26,222 nt of DNA from a virus (Duplodnaviria > Caudoviricetes): positions 1 to 26,222 of the IMG/VR virus record IMGVR_UViG_3300027653_000050; one strand, given 5' to 3'. The position numbers were made by a program, and so were the translations under genes. Within the stretch, counting starts at the first letter, position 1. The number at the start of each line of letters is the position of its first letter. Of the stretch, positions 8,675 through 16,679 are shown piece after piece. Below the pieces are notes generated by a model, which saw only the letters and a program-made list of their open reading frames with translations, was not told the DNA's origin and ran no database searches.

Positions 8675-9467
8675 TGTAGATGGTGTAAGTGTTAAAGGCT
8701 GTAAGTACATATACGCGCCAAAGGGTCAGGCAGGAGAGTATGCTGAGCTATCAACAAACCCATATAGAGGGTGTGGTCATAAGTGCGCATACTGCTACGT
8801 CCCATCCGTCATCAGGATGAACAGAAATGAGTTTAACTTAGGTGCAAAAGACCGTGATGGCTACGAATCCGGGCTTTTGCGTGACGCTAAGAAATACAAA
8901 GATGCAGGAATACGTGAGCAAGTCATGCTTTCATTCACAACAGACCCGTATCACTCTGGCGATACCAGTCTCACAAGAAGAACGCTAAAAATACTTAAAG
9001 AGCATGGCCTTGGGTTTTGCACACTAACAAAAGGTGGTACAAGAGCTTTGCGCGATATAGATTTGTTTCGACCCGACCGTGATGCTTTTGCTTCGACCCT
9101 AACAAGCCTTGATGATGATTTTAGCAGAAAGTGGGAAAGTGGTGCAGCCCTTCCTAAAGACAGGATAAGCGCGTTAGAGCAGTTCCATGATAAGGGCATA
9201 TTCACTTGGGTTTCTCTTGAGCCGACTCTTGATACTGACGCAAGCATAAATATAGTTAAAGAAACACATAAGTTTGTTGACTTATTTAAGATTGGGCGAG
9301 TTAATTATCTACCCATGACTAGGACAACAGACTGGGAAGAGTATACGCACAGGATGATAGATGTTTGTCAGTCTCTTGGTGTCGATCACTACATCAAGAA
9401 AGACTTGCAGTGCTACTTGCCCGAAGGATACAACAACCCTTTAAGGGTTAAGCAGCATCACGGTTGA
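8655..9467 (+). CDS. Radical SAM enzyme (spore photoproduct lyase / DUF5131-like clade)
   Basis: CxxxCxxC motif in NPYRGCGHKCAYCY, plus TDPY, LTK and WVSLEP. AGGAG RBS. Confidence 0.9.
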   Translation: MRIPTINVDGVSVKGCKYIYAPKGQAGEYAELSTNPYRGCGHKCAYCYVPSVIRMNRNEFNLGAKDRDGYESGLLRDAKKYKDAGIREQVMLSFTTDPYHSGDTSLTRRTLKILKEHGLGFCTLTKGGTRALRDIDLFRPDRDAFASTLTSLDDDFSRKWESGAALPKDRISALEQFHDKGIFTWVSLEPTLDTDASINIVKETHKFVDLFKIGRVNYLPMTRTTDWEEYTHRMIDVCQSLGVDHYIKKDLQCYLPEGYNNPLRVKQHHG

Positions 9468-10050
9468 TAGTGAACGTGTAATAACGCATAGCAGAACCAG
9501 TTACACCTTTTGCTATGCGTTTATTCTCAACACTGCCTGACAGCAATTGAGCGGTTTTACTGATAACATCATTTATAAATTCATCATGAAGGACGTGCGC
9601 TCTTTTTGCTATATGAAAATCTATACCTGTGAAAAACCGCATTCCTTTTGATATTCTGCCTAGCTTTAAATCCATATTGGTTCCATCTGTTAGGACGAAC
9701 GCTATTTTTGAGTGGTCACCAACGAGCGGCAGTATGTCTCTCAATATTTCGTATGGCGACCCATATGCATCAATATCAAATATATTAAATTTTGAAATAT
9801 CAATAAGTCTTAATGCTTTTCTTGCGTCTCCGCATATTGTGTGCCTGTCATCAAAAAACTTTACCTTGTCAATGCCAGTATACATATCAGACTTGTGCCA
9901 AACTAGCTTATGCATCTCACCTGCGCCGCAAAAAACTTCGAGCGTGTTTCTTTCCCCATCTATTGAATCAAACGCTGATTGTCGTATTATTTGCTTTGCG
10001 TTTGTTTTTGCGTTATTTGTCTTTACGCCATTAAACTTGCTCATCATCAC
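9448..10050 (-). CDS. Putative SAM-dependent methyltransferase (DPYG-variant, Trm1/TcmP-like)
   Basis: Motif I-like LEVFCGAG, then GID, ICGDA and a motif IV-like FDIDAYGSP. Start overlaps the ParB gene end. Confidence 0.7.
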   Translation of the reverse strand: MMMSKFNGVKTNNAKTNAKQIIRQSAFDSIDGERNTLEVFCGAGEMHKLVWHKSDMYTGIDKVKFFDDRHTICGDARKALRLIDISKFNIFDIDAYGSPYEILRDILPLVGDHSKIAFVLTDGTNMDLKLGRISKGMRFFTGIDFHIAKRAHVLHDEFINDVISKTAQLLSGSVENKRIAKGVTGSAMRYYTFTINRDAA

Positions 10051-10603
10051 ACCAAATCGAAGCGCCGGGCACTTCGCTTATCGATCTATTTACAAGGTTC
10101 ATGACTTCTGTTCTTTTTTCAGGTGGAAATTTTACTATAATTTCATCAATCGGCTCTTTTTCGTCATCTTCATCGTCAAGACTTATACCACCTGTTTCAT
10201 CAAACAATTTAGATATCTCATCTATATCAAAACCCGTCAGCTCCAAATCAAAACCCATCTCGCCAAGCTCGTCCAGCTCAATGCGCAGCATGTCGTCATC
10301 CCAACCAGCATTGAGCGCCAGCTTGTTGTCTGCAATCACGTAGGCGCGTCGCTGAGCATCCGTCAGGTGTGAGACCTCAATGCAAGGCAGCTCTTTTAGC
10401 CCAAGTTTTTGCGCTGCCATCACACGGCCATGGCCTGCAATGATTCTGTTTTCGCCATCAATGATAATCGGATTAAGAAAACCAAACTCTTTAATACTGG
10501 CTGCAATTTGCGCGACCTGTTCATCGCTGTGAGTTCGTGAATTACGCGCATACGGAATCAGGCTATCGGTTGAAACTTTTTTATAGTCGGGAAATTTGCT
10601 CAT
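10031..10603 (-). CDS. ParB/Srx N-terminal domain protein
   Basis: LIPYARNSRTHSDEQVAQIAASIKEFGF.NPI...IIAGHGR...RAYVIADNKLALNAGWD, then a short acidic tail. Start moved to ATG 10603. Confidence 0.9.
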   Translation of the reverse strand: MSKFPDYKKVSTDSLIPYARNSRTHSDEQVAQIAASIKEFGFLNPIIIDGENRIIAGHGRVMAAQKLGLKELPCIEVSHLTDAQRRAYVIADNKLALNAGWDDDMLRIELDELGEMGFDLELTGFDIDEISKLFDETGGISLDDEDDEKEPIDEIIVKFPPEKRTEVMNLVNRSISEVPGASIWCDDEQV

Positions 10604-10630
10604 ACCACCACCAAAAAACAATCATTGCTG

Positions 10631-10642
10631 GCATTGTAGCAT
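10631..10642 (-). promoter_or_regulatory. ATGCTACAATGC element upstream of the ParB gene; copy 2 of the 12-bp direct repeat
   Basis: Identical to 8443-8454. Lies 3 nt beyond the tRNA CCA end. Confidence 0.55.
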
Positions 10643-10645
10643 AAT

Positions 10646-10722
10646 TGGCGCGCCTGGCAGGACTCGAACCTACATATAAGCGGCTTAGAAGGCCGCTGCC
10701 TATCCAATTAGACTACAGGCGC
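10646..10722 (-). tRNA. tRNA-Arg (anticodon UCU)
   Basis: 77-nt cloverleaf: acceptor GCGCCTG/CAGGCGC, anticodon stem GCGGC/GCCGC with loop CT-TCT-AA, T arm GTAGG TTCGAGT CCTGC, and an encoded CCA. Confidence 0.95.
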
Positions 10723-10735
10723 GTAATGCAGTCTG

Positions 10736-10837
10736 TCAGGCAATCAAATACTTAACCAGCGCTGCAACCGCCAGCATCGGTGTCAGAGCTACGCACATGA
10801 GTATGACTGTTAGTAAAGTATCGATTAGCTTGTTCAC
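10736..10837 (-). CDS. Small hydrophobic (single TM) protein, 33 aa
   Basis: GTG start with GGAGG upstream. Sequence MNKLIDTLLTVILMCVALTPMLAVAALVKYLIA. Fills the gap between the HNH gene and the tRNA. Confidence 0.55.
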   Translation of the reverse strand: MNKLIDTLLTVILMCVALTPMLAVAALVKYLIA

Positions 10838-10849
10838 CTCTGCCTCCCA

Positions 10850-11482
10850 TTAAACCATCGCAGTTATTTGTGGTTTTGAGTAACGATCAATAAGAGCCCT
10901 GGCAACTCTGGGGTCAGTCTGAATAGCTGCTAGCTCGTGTGCTAGCTCCAGCTTGCGTTTAGCCCATGCTTCATGTGCCTGTTGCTCGCAAGTGAAGCGG
11001 CCAAGGAATTCTTGCTTTTTGGTAAATGGGTTGCGGCACCGCGCTCTAAACTTTTCTTCTTGCTTGACCCAGTGCACCCCAATCAGCCACTCACCGCGTG
11101 CCGCGCCACTATCACTGGCAAACGTGTTAACCACTCCTGCTACAAAAACACAAGTCTCAGCGCTATAAACCTTATTTCCTTCAAATAGCAAATCTTTGTC
11201 AAGATGTTTGCCTTGCCAGTCTTGCCCCTTCATCCACGACCTGAAGTTGCTAAACGTCAACCAATCCTCTGAAACAGTGCAGTCTTTGTAAGTTGGTCTG
11301 CGCTTTTGGTGTTTTTCAGAGTAGCAACGCCTAAGCATCCCTTTCCAAGTGCGGTAATACGGACACTCCCAAACCAGTTTCCTTTTTCGCTTGCCGTCTA
11401 CATATCCAGCCTCTTCCCATTTTTTTACAACATAATCAGCGTCGTTAATCCCAACACCGAAGACAAGTTTTTTAGGCTTCAT
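10850..11482 (-). CDS. HNH-type homing endonuclease with AP2-like C-terminal DNA-binding domain
   Basis: YRTWKGMLRRCY...CTVSEDWLTFSNF...HLDKDLL..GNKVYSAETCVFV...N, then IGVHW.....FRAR......FLGRF....QAHEAW. Start moved to ATG 11482. Confidence 0.85.
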   Translation of the reverse strand: MKPKKLVFGVGINDADYVVKKWEEAGYVDGKRKRKLVWECPYYRTWKGMLRRCYSEKHQKRRPTYKDCTVSEDWLTFSNFRSWMKGQDWQGKHLDKDLLFEGNKVYSAETCVFVAGVVNTFASDSGAARGEWLIGVHWVKQEEKFRARCRNPFTKKQEFLGRFTCEQQAHEAWAKRKLELAHELAAIQTDPRVARALIDRYSKPQITAMV

Positions 11483-11615
11483 AACCACCACCCATAAAAA
11501 AGCTCTAACTCCTTTCCCGTGGTGGTAATGGCGCAAAAGTGAGCCACACAGGAGAAGAATTAGAGCTTTGTTAACTTTTGACTTTTAGGGTTACCACACC
11601 CTTTAAACAAACTGA

Positions 11616-11644
11616 ATCATAACAGCCACAGCGCCACCATGCAA
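11616..11644 (-). promoter_or_regulatory. Sigma70-like promoter for the HNH/tRNA unit
   Basis: TTGCAT (11644-11639)-N17-TATGAT (11621-11616) with a TGn extension. Confidence 0.65.
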
Positions 11645-11697
11645 GCTATTTTGCCGTAAGATTTTTATAGCTCCGTCGTGTAAAACAAAACCAGAGC

Positions 11698-12104
11698 GTG
11701 TACACCTACCGCCAATTCTGGAACTACATTCAATATCTATACAAAACGGCAATATATACGTGCCCTTTTACACCATATTCCTAAATATATGTTATATACT
11801 ATATAGGTGTACACAGTGTACACAGTAGTATAGTAACAACAATAAAATCAATGACTTACTAGGCGTGACACTTCCGTGTACACCTCTTAATAGTGTACAC
11901 CTAGGTGTACACATTGTACAAAAAATGTACTGCCCTTTTGTTTTTTAATCCAAAACCCAAGGGCAACAAAAGTATAAAAAGGCAGTACAAAAAACATACA
12001 GTTTGGCGCATTTTGTCAAAACAGGTCAAAAAACACGGATTTGTGTACACCTTTGTGGCAACGTGTCACGCTAGGTGTCACGCTTTTTTATACAGGTGTC
12101 ACGC
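11698..12104. repeat. Iteron-like repeat cluster, putative replication origin
   Basis: Seven GTGTACAC palindromes (11698, 11807, 11816, 11876, 11893, 11905, 12043). Three GTGTCACGC (12063, 12075, 12096) plus one inverted copy (11863). AT-rich spacers. Lies downstream of the primase-helicase gene. Confidence 0.7.
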
Positions 12105-12119
12105 CCGTATTTCTGGCAC

Positions 12120-12142
12120 AAAAAAAGCCCGCAAAAGCGGGC
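12120..12142 (-). terminator. Rho-independent terminator of the replication operon
   Basis: Minus strand GCCCGC-TTTT-GCGGGC followed by T7, about 35 nt after the primase stop. Confidence 0.85.
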
Positions 12143-12175
12143 GTGTTATCAGTGCTGTGAGCGCGCTATTTGCGC

Positions 12176-14611
12176 TCACCACTCTGTACTATTTTTGCCA
12201 TCAATTATCAGCGGCGGCACTAGCAGCAACCTGCCACGGTTCCTGCATCTCTTTGAATCATTGCCGTTCATCTCTCTAATCACGATGCCTGCGCGCGTAA
12301 CATCCGCCCGCGTCGGTCTGTCGATACCAGCGGCAATAAGCGCATCAGTTGCACTCACGTAGACCCAAGCACTCTTGTCTGCATCCCAGTCATAGGCGCC
12401 TAGAATTCTATCTTTGACTGGGTCGGCAGCCTCGTAGTTGCGGTTATGCTCATTAAGCTGCGCAAGCTCGCTGGGCGATAGGTACCACTTTTCGCCTTGC
12501 TTGTAGTAGTGCAAAAACTCCGCCCACACCTGTTGCATATCAAGCTCGTGCTCATAATTAATATGCTCGCAATCAACCACCCAAAACCGACGGTTGCCCG
12601 TGTCGTCTTGTAGAAAATCACTATTATTCACTGAGCCAAAAAGCACAGTGCGGCGCGCGTAGACAGACTCTTTTCGCGCGTAAGGACGTCGCATCACGTC
12701 ACTGCCCGCGGTGACGAACGCTTTTAGTCTTGCAAGCTCTGAGCGCCTTAGTGTTGCATCTATCTCGCCAAGCTCAACAAGCCAGTACCTCAGCACAGAG
12801 AACACATAATCTTTGTTTTCGGTGTCTAGCATCAAGCCGTCTTTGACTAGCTCTAGTTGCTCGTTAACATTTTTTGGAACAAGGCTTTTAAACCACGACG
12901 TTTTGCCAAGACCCTGCTTTCCTGCGAACACTAAAATTCCGTGAGCCTCAACCCCTGTGGGCGAAAAAGCCGCCCGTATCGCCGATAGCATCCACCTTGA
13001 GATGAGTGTGTTTTTTAGGCCCTGCGCTTCGTCGCCCCCTTTTGCGCGAACAGTGCTAAGGAAATCGTGGATGCGAACCACGCCATCCCATGGTTTTGAC
13101 TCAATCCAGCACTTGACGGGCGAGTACTGGTTTTGGTCCGCAATCAACGTCACAAACTCCTGCAGCTTGCTTGTTGGGAAGTCAAACAGGCTGCACGTAC
13201 TCGCAAGCTCAGCAAAAGCCGCGTTCGCTTGGTTATCCCGAGAGTAGCTACGGTTGGGTATTAAGATTTCCTCTTCTTTTGAGATGACGTTATAGCGTAT
13301 TGTGATACCTGCGCGCCTTGCTATTTCGCGCAAGTTCTCGTGATGATTAAGCGGCTTGTCTTTTTTGTCTGTCCAAACCAATTTCGCAGATATATTGAAG
13401 CTTGTTCCGCTTATCTCGCTACTAACACCGCGCTCCTGCGCGCTCTGCACGGCATTTCTACTACCCTGCAGTGGCGGCTCAGGCGGAGCGTCTACAGTCA
13501 CAGGCTCTCTCCGCGCTGGCGTATCTGTTCGCACTCCTGACGCATCAGCTAGCTCGCGCGCTGCCTTGGCAAAATCTCCGTTGTGCTCATACTCGCAAAA
13601 CAAATCAAAACTAGAAACTGGCTGGCCTGTACTATCACTGCAAAGCGGGTCGCTTGCATGGTGAATCCAGCATTTGTTGTTACCCAGCAGCACAACACCA
13701 GCCAACCCAGTGCTGCTAGATGGCGCTAGGTATCTACTGCGACCAACACGCTTGTACCCGTAATTTTCTAGCGCATCTTCAATGCGCATTACGCGCTCAT
13801 AATCACGCGCCACAGCAACAAGCCCGCCGTCGCTAGAGTAGTGCCTCTGACTTGGCGCTTGGCGCTCGGCTTTGTACAGCTCGTCTACGCCCACCCACGG
13901 GCACGCCGCCAGCGCTTGGCGCTTAAATGTGCTCTCGAATTCTTGCCAAAATGACAACAACCAAGCTGGCAGCACTGGAATCTCGTCACCTGGCGGGGTT
14001 ATCCACACGTAGGGCTTTTCGGTGTCTGGGTGGGTACTAGGCGGCAGCACATCTTGTCGCTGCCTGCCATCCGTAGCTGCGCGCAGCTCAAACACGGTAT
14101 AAGGCGCAAACTCGCGCGCCTTCTCTCGCACCTTGGCCTCAAGCGCTTCGTCTCCTGCTTCCTTAGCTGCTCTAGCCTCTGCCAGCTTTGCCTTATATTT
14201 CTCACCATCGGGGTCGCTCTCGGGTCGCCAGTTTAGTTTGTGGTATCCAAGCTCAGCGCCCGCGGGGACCCGAAACATAATGCGCAACCCATTTGGGCCA
14301 CCCTTGATTGCTACGCCCTGCTTATTGACCAGCTCTTCATAATCAATGCCAAGACCGTCACAAATAATTCTAAAGCTGTCCTCGCAATCAATATCTAGAC
14401 TACAGAGGCGTGACGGACCAAGCGCCGCGCCCATGTTCCAATCGGGGTTTGCTGTAAAAAATGACTCCGCAATATCAGGGCATGAGATAACTTTATTGCC
14501 CCAATCGCGTGCGCGCGGAAACTTGCGTCTAGGTTCTATGGGCACAATAGCGATATCGTATTTCGATACGTACCGCCTAGCCCACACAGCTGTGTTGTGT
14601 TTTTTTGTCAT
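12176..14611 (-). CDS. Primase-helicase (Prim-Pol N-terminal domain + VirE/VapE-like SF3 helicase)
   Basis: N-terminal NMG...G...LCSLDID and VLPPSTHPDT..PY.W. C-terminal Walker A GKQGLGKT, VELGEID, RRPYAR and GSVN...FLQDDTGNRRFWV. Confidence 0.9.
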   Translation of the reverse strand: MTKKHNTAVWARRYVSKYDIAIVPIEPRRKFPRARDWGNKVISCPDIAESFFTANPDWNMGAALGPSRLCSLDIDCEDSFRIICDGLGIDYEELVNKQGVAIKGGPNGLRIMFRVPAGAELGYHKLNWRPESDPDGEKYKAKLAEARAAKEAGDEALEAKVREKAREFAPYTVFELRAATDGRQRQDVLPPSTHPDTEKPYVWITPPGDEIPVLPAWLLSFWQEFESTFKRQALAACPWVGVDELYKAERQAPSQRHYSSDGGLVAVARDYERVMRIEDALENYGYKRVGRSRYLAPSSSTGLAGVVLLGNNKCWIHHASDPLCSDSTGQPVSSFDLFCEYEHNGDFAKAARELADASGVRTDTPARREPVTVDAPPEPPLQGSRNAVQSAQERGVSSEISGTSFNISAKLVWTDKKDKPLNHHENLREIARRAGITIRYNVISKEEEILIPNRSYSRDNQANAAFAELASTCSLFDFPTSKLQEFVTLIADQNQYSPVKCWIESKPWDGVVRIHDFLSTVRAKGGDEAQGLKNTLISRWMLSAIRAAFSPTGVEAHGILVFAGKQGLGKTSWFKSLVPKNVNEQLELVKDGLMLDTENKDYVFSVLRYWLVELGEIDATLRRSELARLKAFVTAGSDVMRRPYARKESVYARRTVLFGSVNNSDFLQDDTGNRRFWVVDCEHINYEHELDMQQVWAEFLHYYKQGEKWYLSPSELAQLNEHNRNYEAADPVKDRILGAYDWDADKSAWVYVSATDALIAAGIDRPTRADVTRAGIVIREMNGNDSKRCRNRGRLLLVPPLIIDGKNSTEW

Positions 14612-14965
14612 CTAGTTCGTTCCTTTGATTATTTTTAGCGCATCTTCAACCGAGCGTGCCACCCCAGCCAGGCCACCTAGTTCGCGTATACGATTGATAA
14701 ACGCCTGCTGCCTGCTTGTCACCTTGCCATGCGCTGCTTTTACCTCAATAGCAGTAAATACAGCTAGCTTCTTCCCAACCATATCTTGCGTAACAGTTAC
14801 TGGCGTCACGCCGATTAGGTCACTGCTACCAACAGCAAGACCAAACCGAACCAACCTCCCGCGCTCATCTTTTAGCGCGCCTGTGTTATTGCGAAACAAT
14901 AGCACCCCGCAGCAAGCAAGCTCGAGAAGAATATCATTCATAACCGCTTGTTCGGATTTACTCAT
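14612..14965 (-). CDS. VRR-NUC domain nuclease
   Basis: SE..V...I, LFRNNTG, GSSDLIG, AIEVK, Q..FI..I...GG.AGVARSVEDA. Confidence 0.9.
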   Translation of the reverse strand: MSKSEQAVMNDILLELACCGVLLFRNNTGALKDERGRLVRFGLAVGSSDLIGVTPVTVTQDMVGKKLAVFTAIEVKAAHGKVTSRQQAFINRIRELGGLAGVARSVEDALKIIKGTN

Positions 14966-16406
14966 TGCTAGCCTCCGCCTTCAACTCTCTGTAGTGCTGC
15001 AGCGCTAGTGGAAAAACCGCGCGTGCATTTATTTTTTTACGTGCTGCAAATACATTTGCCGCCCAGCCGTGGGGCGAGCGCATCTTGCGGCGCATACCGA
15101 TTTCCACTAGCTCGCGCAGTTCGCGCGCCCTGCCCTGCTCTTTTCGTGCTTCTATTTTTGCGCGCTCAACCTCCGCTGCTTTTCGCACCATTTCAAGCTC
15201 GCCGTCCACCTGCTCTATTTTGCGCTCTTTAAACTCAACCTCAGCGCCACAGTGCGGGCACTCATGAACACCCGAACGGAACGCAAAAAAACATTTCTCG
15301 CACGTTTGAACGCCAACGGCATCGGCATCAGCCTCGCGTCTACCTTGACGCTTATCACCTTCTAGCGACCACTCTCGGTTATCGCATGGCAACCCGTGTC
15401 GCTGCCAGTTGCCCACATGGTCAAGTATGACCAAATGATCTTTGCTTGGGTGTGGGCGCAGCCCGCGGCCGTTGCCCTGCATATACACCACGACACTTTT
15501 AGTGGGGCGCAACCACTGAACCGCTCCAATCTCAGGTATATCCACACCTTCAACGAGGAGCTGAACACTTGTCAGTATTTTCTTTTCGCCGCTCCTGAAC
15601 TGCTCTAGCACCTCATCGCGGTTTTTTGTTTTTCCATGAATCGCCACCGCTGGAATGCCTGCATCTGAGTACGCGCGCGCCACGCTTTCCGCGTGATGAA
15701 TTGTTGCGCACATCACTACGCACTGGCGCCCGTACGCAAACTTTAGGTAGTGGTCAATGGCATCACCCACAACCTGCGGTTTGCCCGCCTCGCGCTCAAC
15801 ATCGCCAGCACTGTAGTCACCAGCTACCGTGCGCACGGTAGAGAAGTCCGCTTTCTGCGGCACGCCGTATAACTGATAGTCACACAAATAGCCCTGCTCG
15901 ATTAGAAACCTGATGCTCGGACCGTGAACAATATCCTGAAAGATATGATTCAGTCCTTTGCCATCGGTACGCTGAGGAGTGGCAGTCAACCCTACTACGT
16001 GCGCGTCGCTGTACGCATCTAGTATCAACTGATATGTGTTCGCCACGGCACGGTGCGCTTCGTCCACGATTATAAGACTAGGCGGCTTGTATTGATCGAG
16101 CCTATTTTTCAGCGTCATTATGCTAGCAAGCTGCACGGGGTGTGGTGTTTTTGCGCGTCCCGCTCTAATCATTCCGTGTGCTAATTGGTTGTGCCACATC
16201 GCCTTACTTGTCTGATTTAGAAGTTCGTTTTGGTGCACCAAAAACATAGCAGACAGACCACGCTCAACTGCGTTGCCTATCATAGTGCACGCAAGGGCGG
16301 TCTTGCCTGCACCTGTGGGTGCCTGCATCAAGACGCGCTGACTGGCACGCAATGCCTGGCGCGTCCGGCTAATCAGGTCGTGCTGATAGTCGCGCAGCTT
16401 AATCAT
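14958..16406 (-). CDS. SF2 (DEAH) DNA helicase with C-terminal Zn finger
   Basis: LRDYQ, APTGAGKT, DEAH, GLTATP.R.DG, EGVDIP, Q..GRGLR and CEKC...CPHC. Start moved to ATG 16406. Confidence 0.95.
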   Translation of the reverse strand: MIKLRDYQHDLISRTRQALRASQRVLMQAPTGAGKTALACTMIGNAVERGLSAMFLVHQNELLNQTSKAMWHNQLAHGMIRAGRAKTPHPVQLASIMTLKNRLDQYKPPSLIIVDEAHRAVANTYQLILDAYSDAHVVGLTATPQRTDGKGLNHIFQDIVHGPSIRFLIEQGYLCDYQLYGVPQKADFSTVRTVAGDYSAGDVEREAGKPQVVGDAIDHYLKFAYGRQCVVMCATIHHAESVARAYSDAGIPAVAIHGKTKNRDEVLEQFRSGEKKILTSVQLLVEGVDIPEIGAVQWLRPTKSVVVYMQGNGRGLRPHPSKDHLVILDHVGNWQRHGLPCDNREWSLEGDKRQGRREADADAVGVQTCEKCFFAFRSGVHECPHCGAEVEFKERKIEQVDGELEMVRKAAEVERAKIEARKEQGRARELRELVEIGMRRKMRSPHGWAANVFAARKKINARAVFPLALQHYRELKAEASNE

Positions 16407-16587
16407 TGTTGCGCACCGCTTTGGCCTGATTTTCAAAATACTCACGCAGAGCAATGATTGTGCTCAGCGTTGGGTTTGTATTTACGCCGTCTCGAATTTG
16501 AGTGATTGTTTGCCTGCTAATGCCTGTGGCATCAGCCACTTTTTTAATGTTTCTGTCCTGCAGTTGATGCCTAATATTATCTAGCAT
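16399..16587 (-). CDS. XRE/Cro-like HTH regulator
   Basis: NIKKVADATGISRQTITQIRDG.NTNPTLSTI. AGGAG upstream of ATG 16587. First gene of the leftward replication operon. Confidence 0.85.
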   Translation of the reverse strand: MLDNIRHQLQDRNIKKVADATGISRQTITQIRDGVNTNPTLSTIIALREYFENQAKAVRNND

Positions 16588-16619
16588 TTTCGTTTTCTCC
16601 TGTTTATGCAATTTATGTG

Positions 16620-16648
16620 TTGACAATGTAAATCAAAATATACAATAT
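16620..16648 (+). promoter_or_regulatory. Sigma70-like promoter for the recombination operon
   Basis: TTGACA at 16620-16625 followed by TACAATAT at 16641-16648, in an AT-rich divergent gap. Spacing is non-ideal. Confidence 0.55.
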
Positions 16649-16679
16649 GGCAACCACAACAAACAACACGGAGCTAAAA

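Noticed and set aside
9629-10372. 247-aa plus-strand ORF
   Set aside because: Antisense shadow of the methyltransferase-like and ParB genes. No RBS or recognisable motifs, and a Ser/Phe/Ile-rich composition typical of reverse frames.
10685-10691. Reading the tRNA anticodon loop CUUCUAA as CUA (amber suppressor) to explain the TAG at 20713
   Set aside because: With the 5-bp stem and 7-nt loop the anticodon is UCU. CUA is off-register.
10646-10722. tRNA as a prophage attachment site
   Set aside because: No integrase, no duplicated tRNA 3' fragment and no host genes are visible in the window.
11698-12104. CRISPR-like array
   Set aside because: Repeats are only 8-9 bp with irregular spacing, and there are no cas genes.
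11905-12362. Plus-strand ORFs 11905..12279 and 12075..12362
   Set aside because: They run through the repeat tract, the terminator and the primase 3' end. The CHARCHA pattern merely reflects the DNA repeats.
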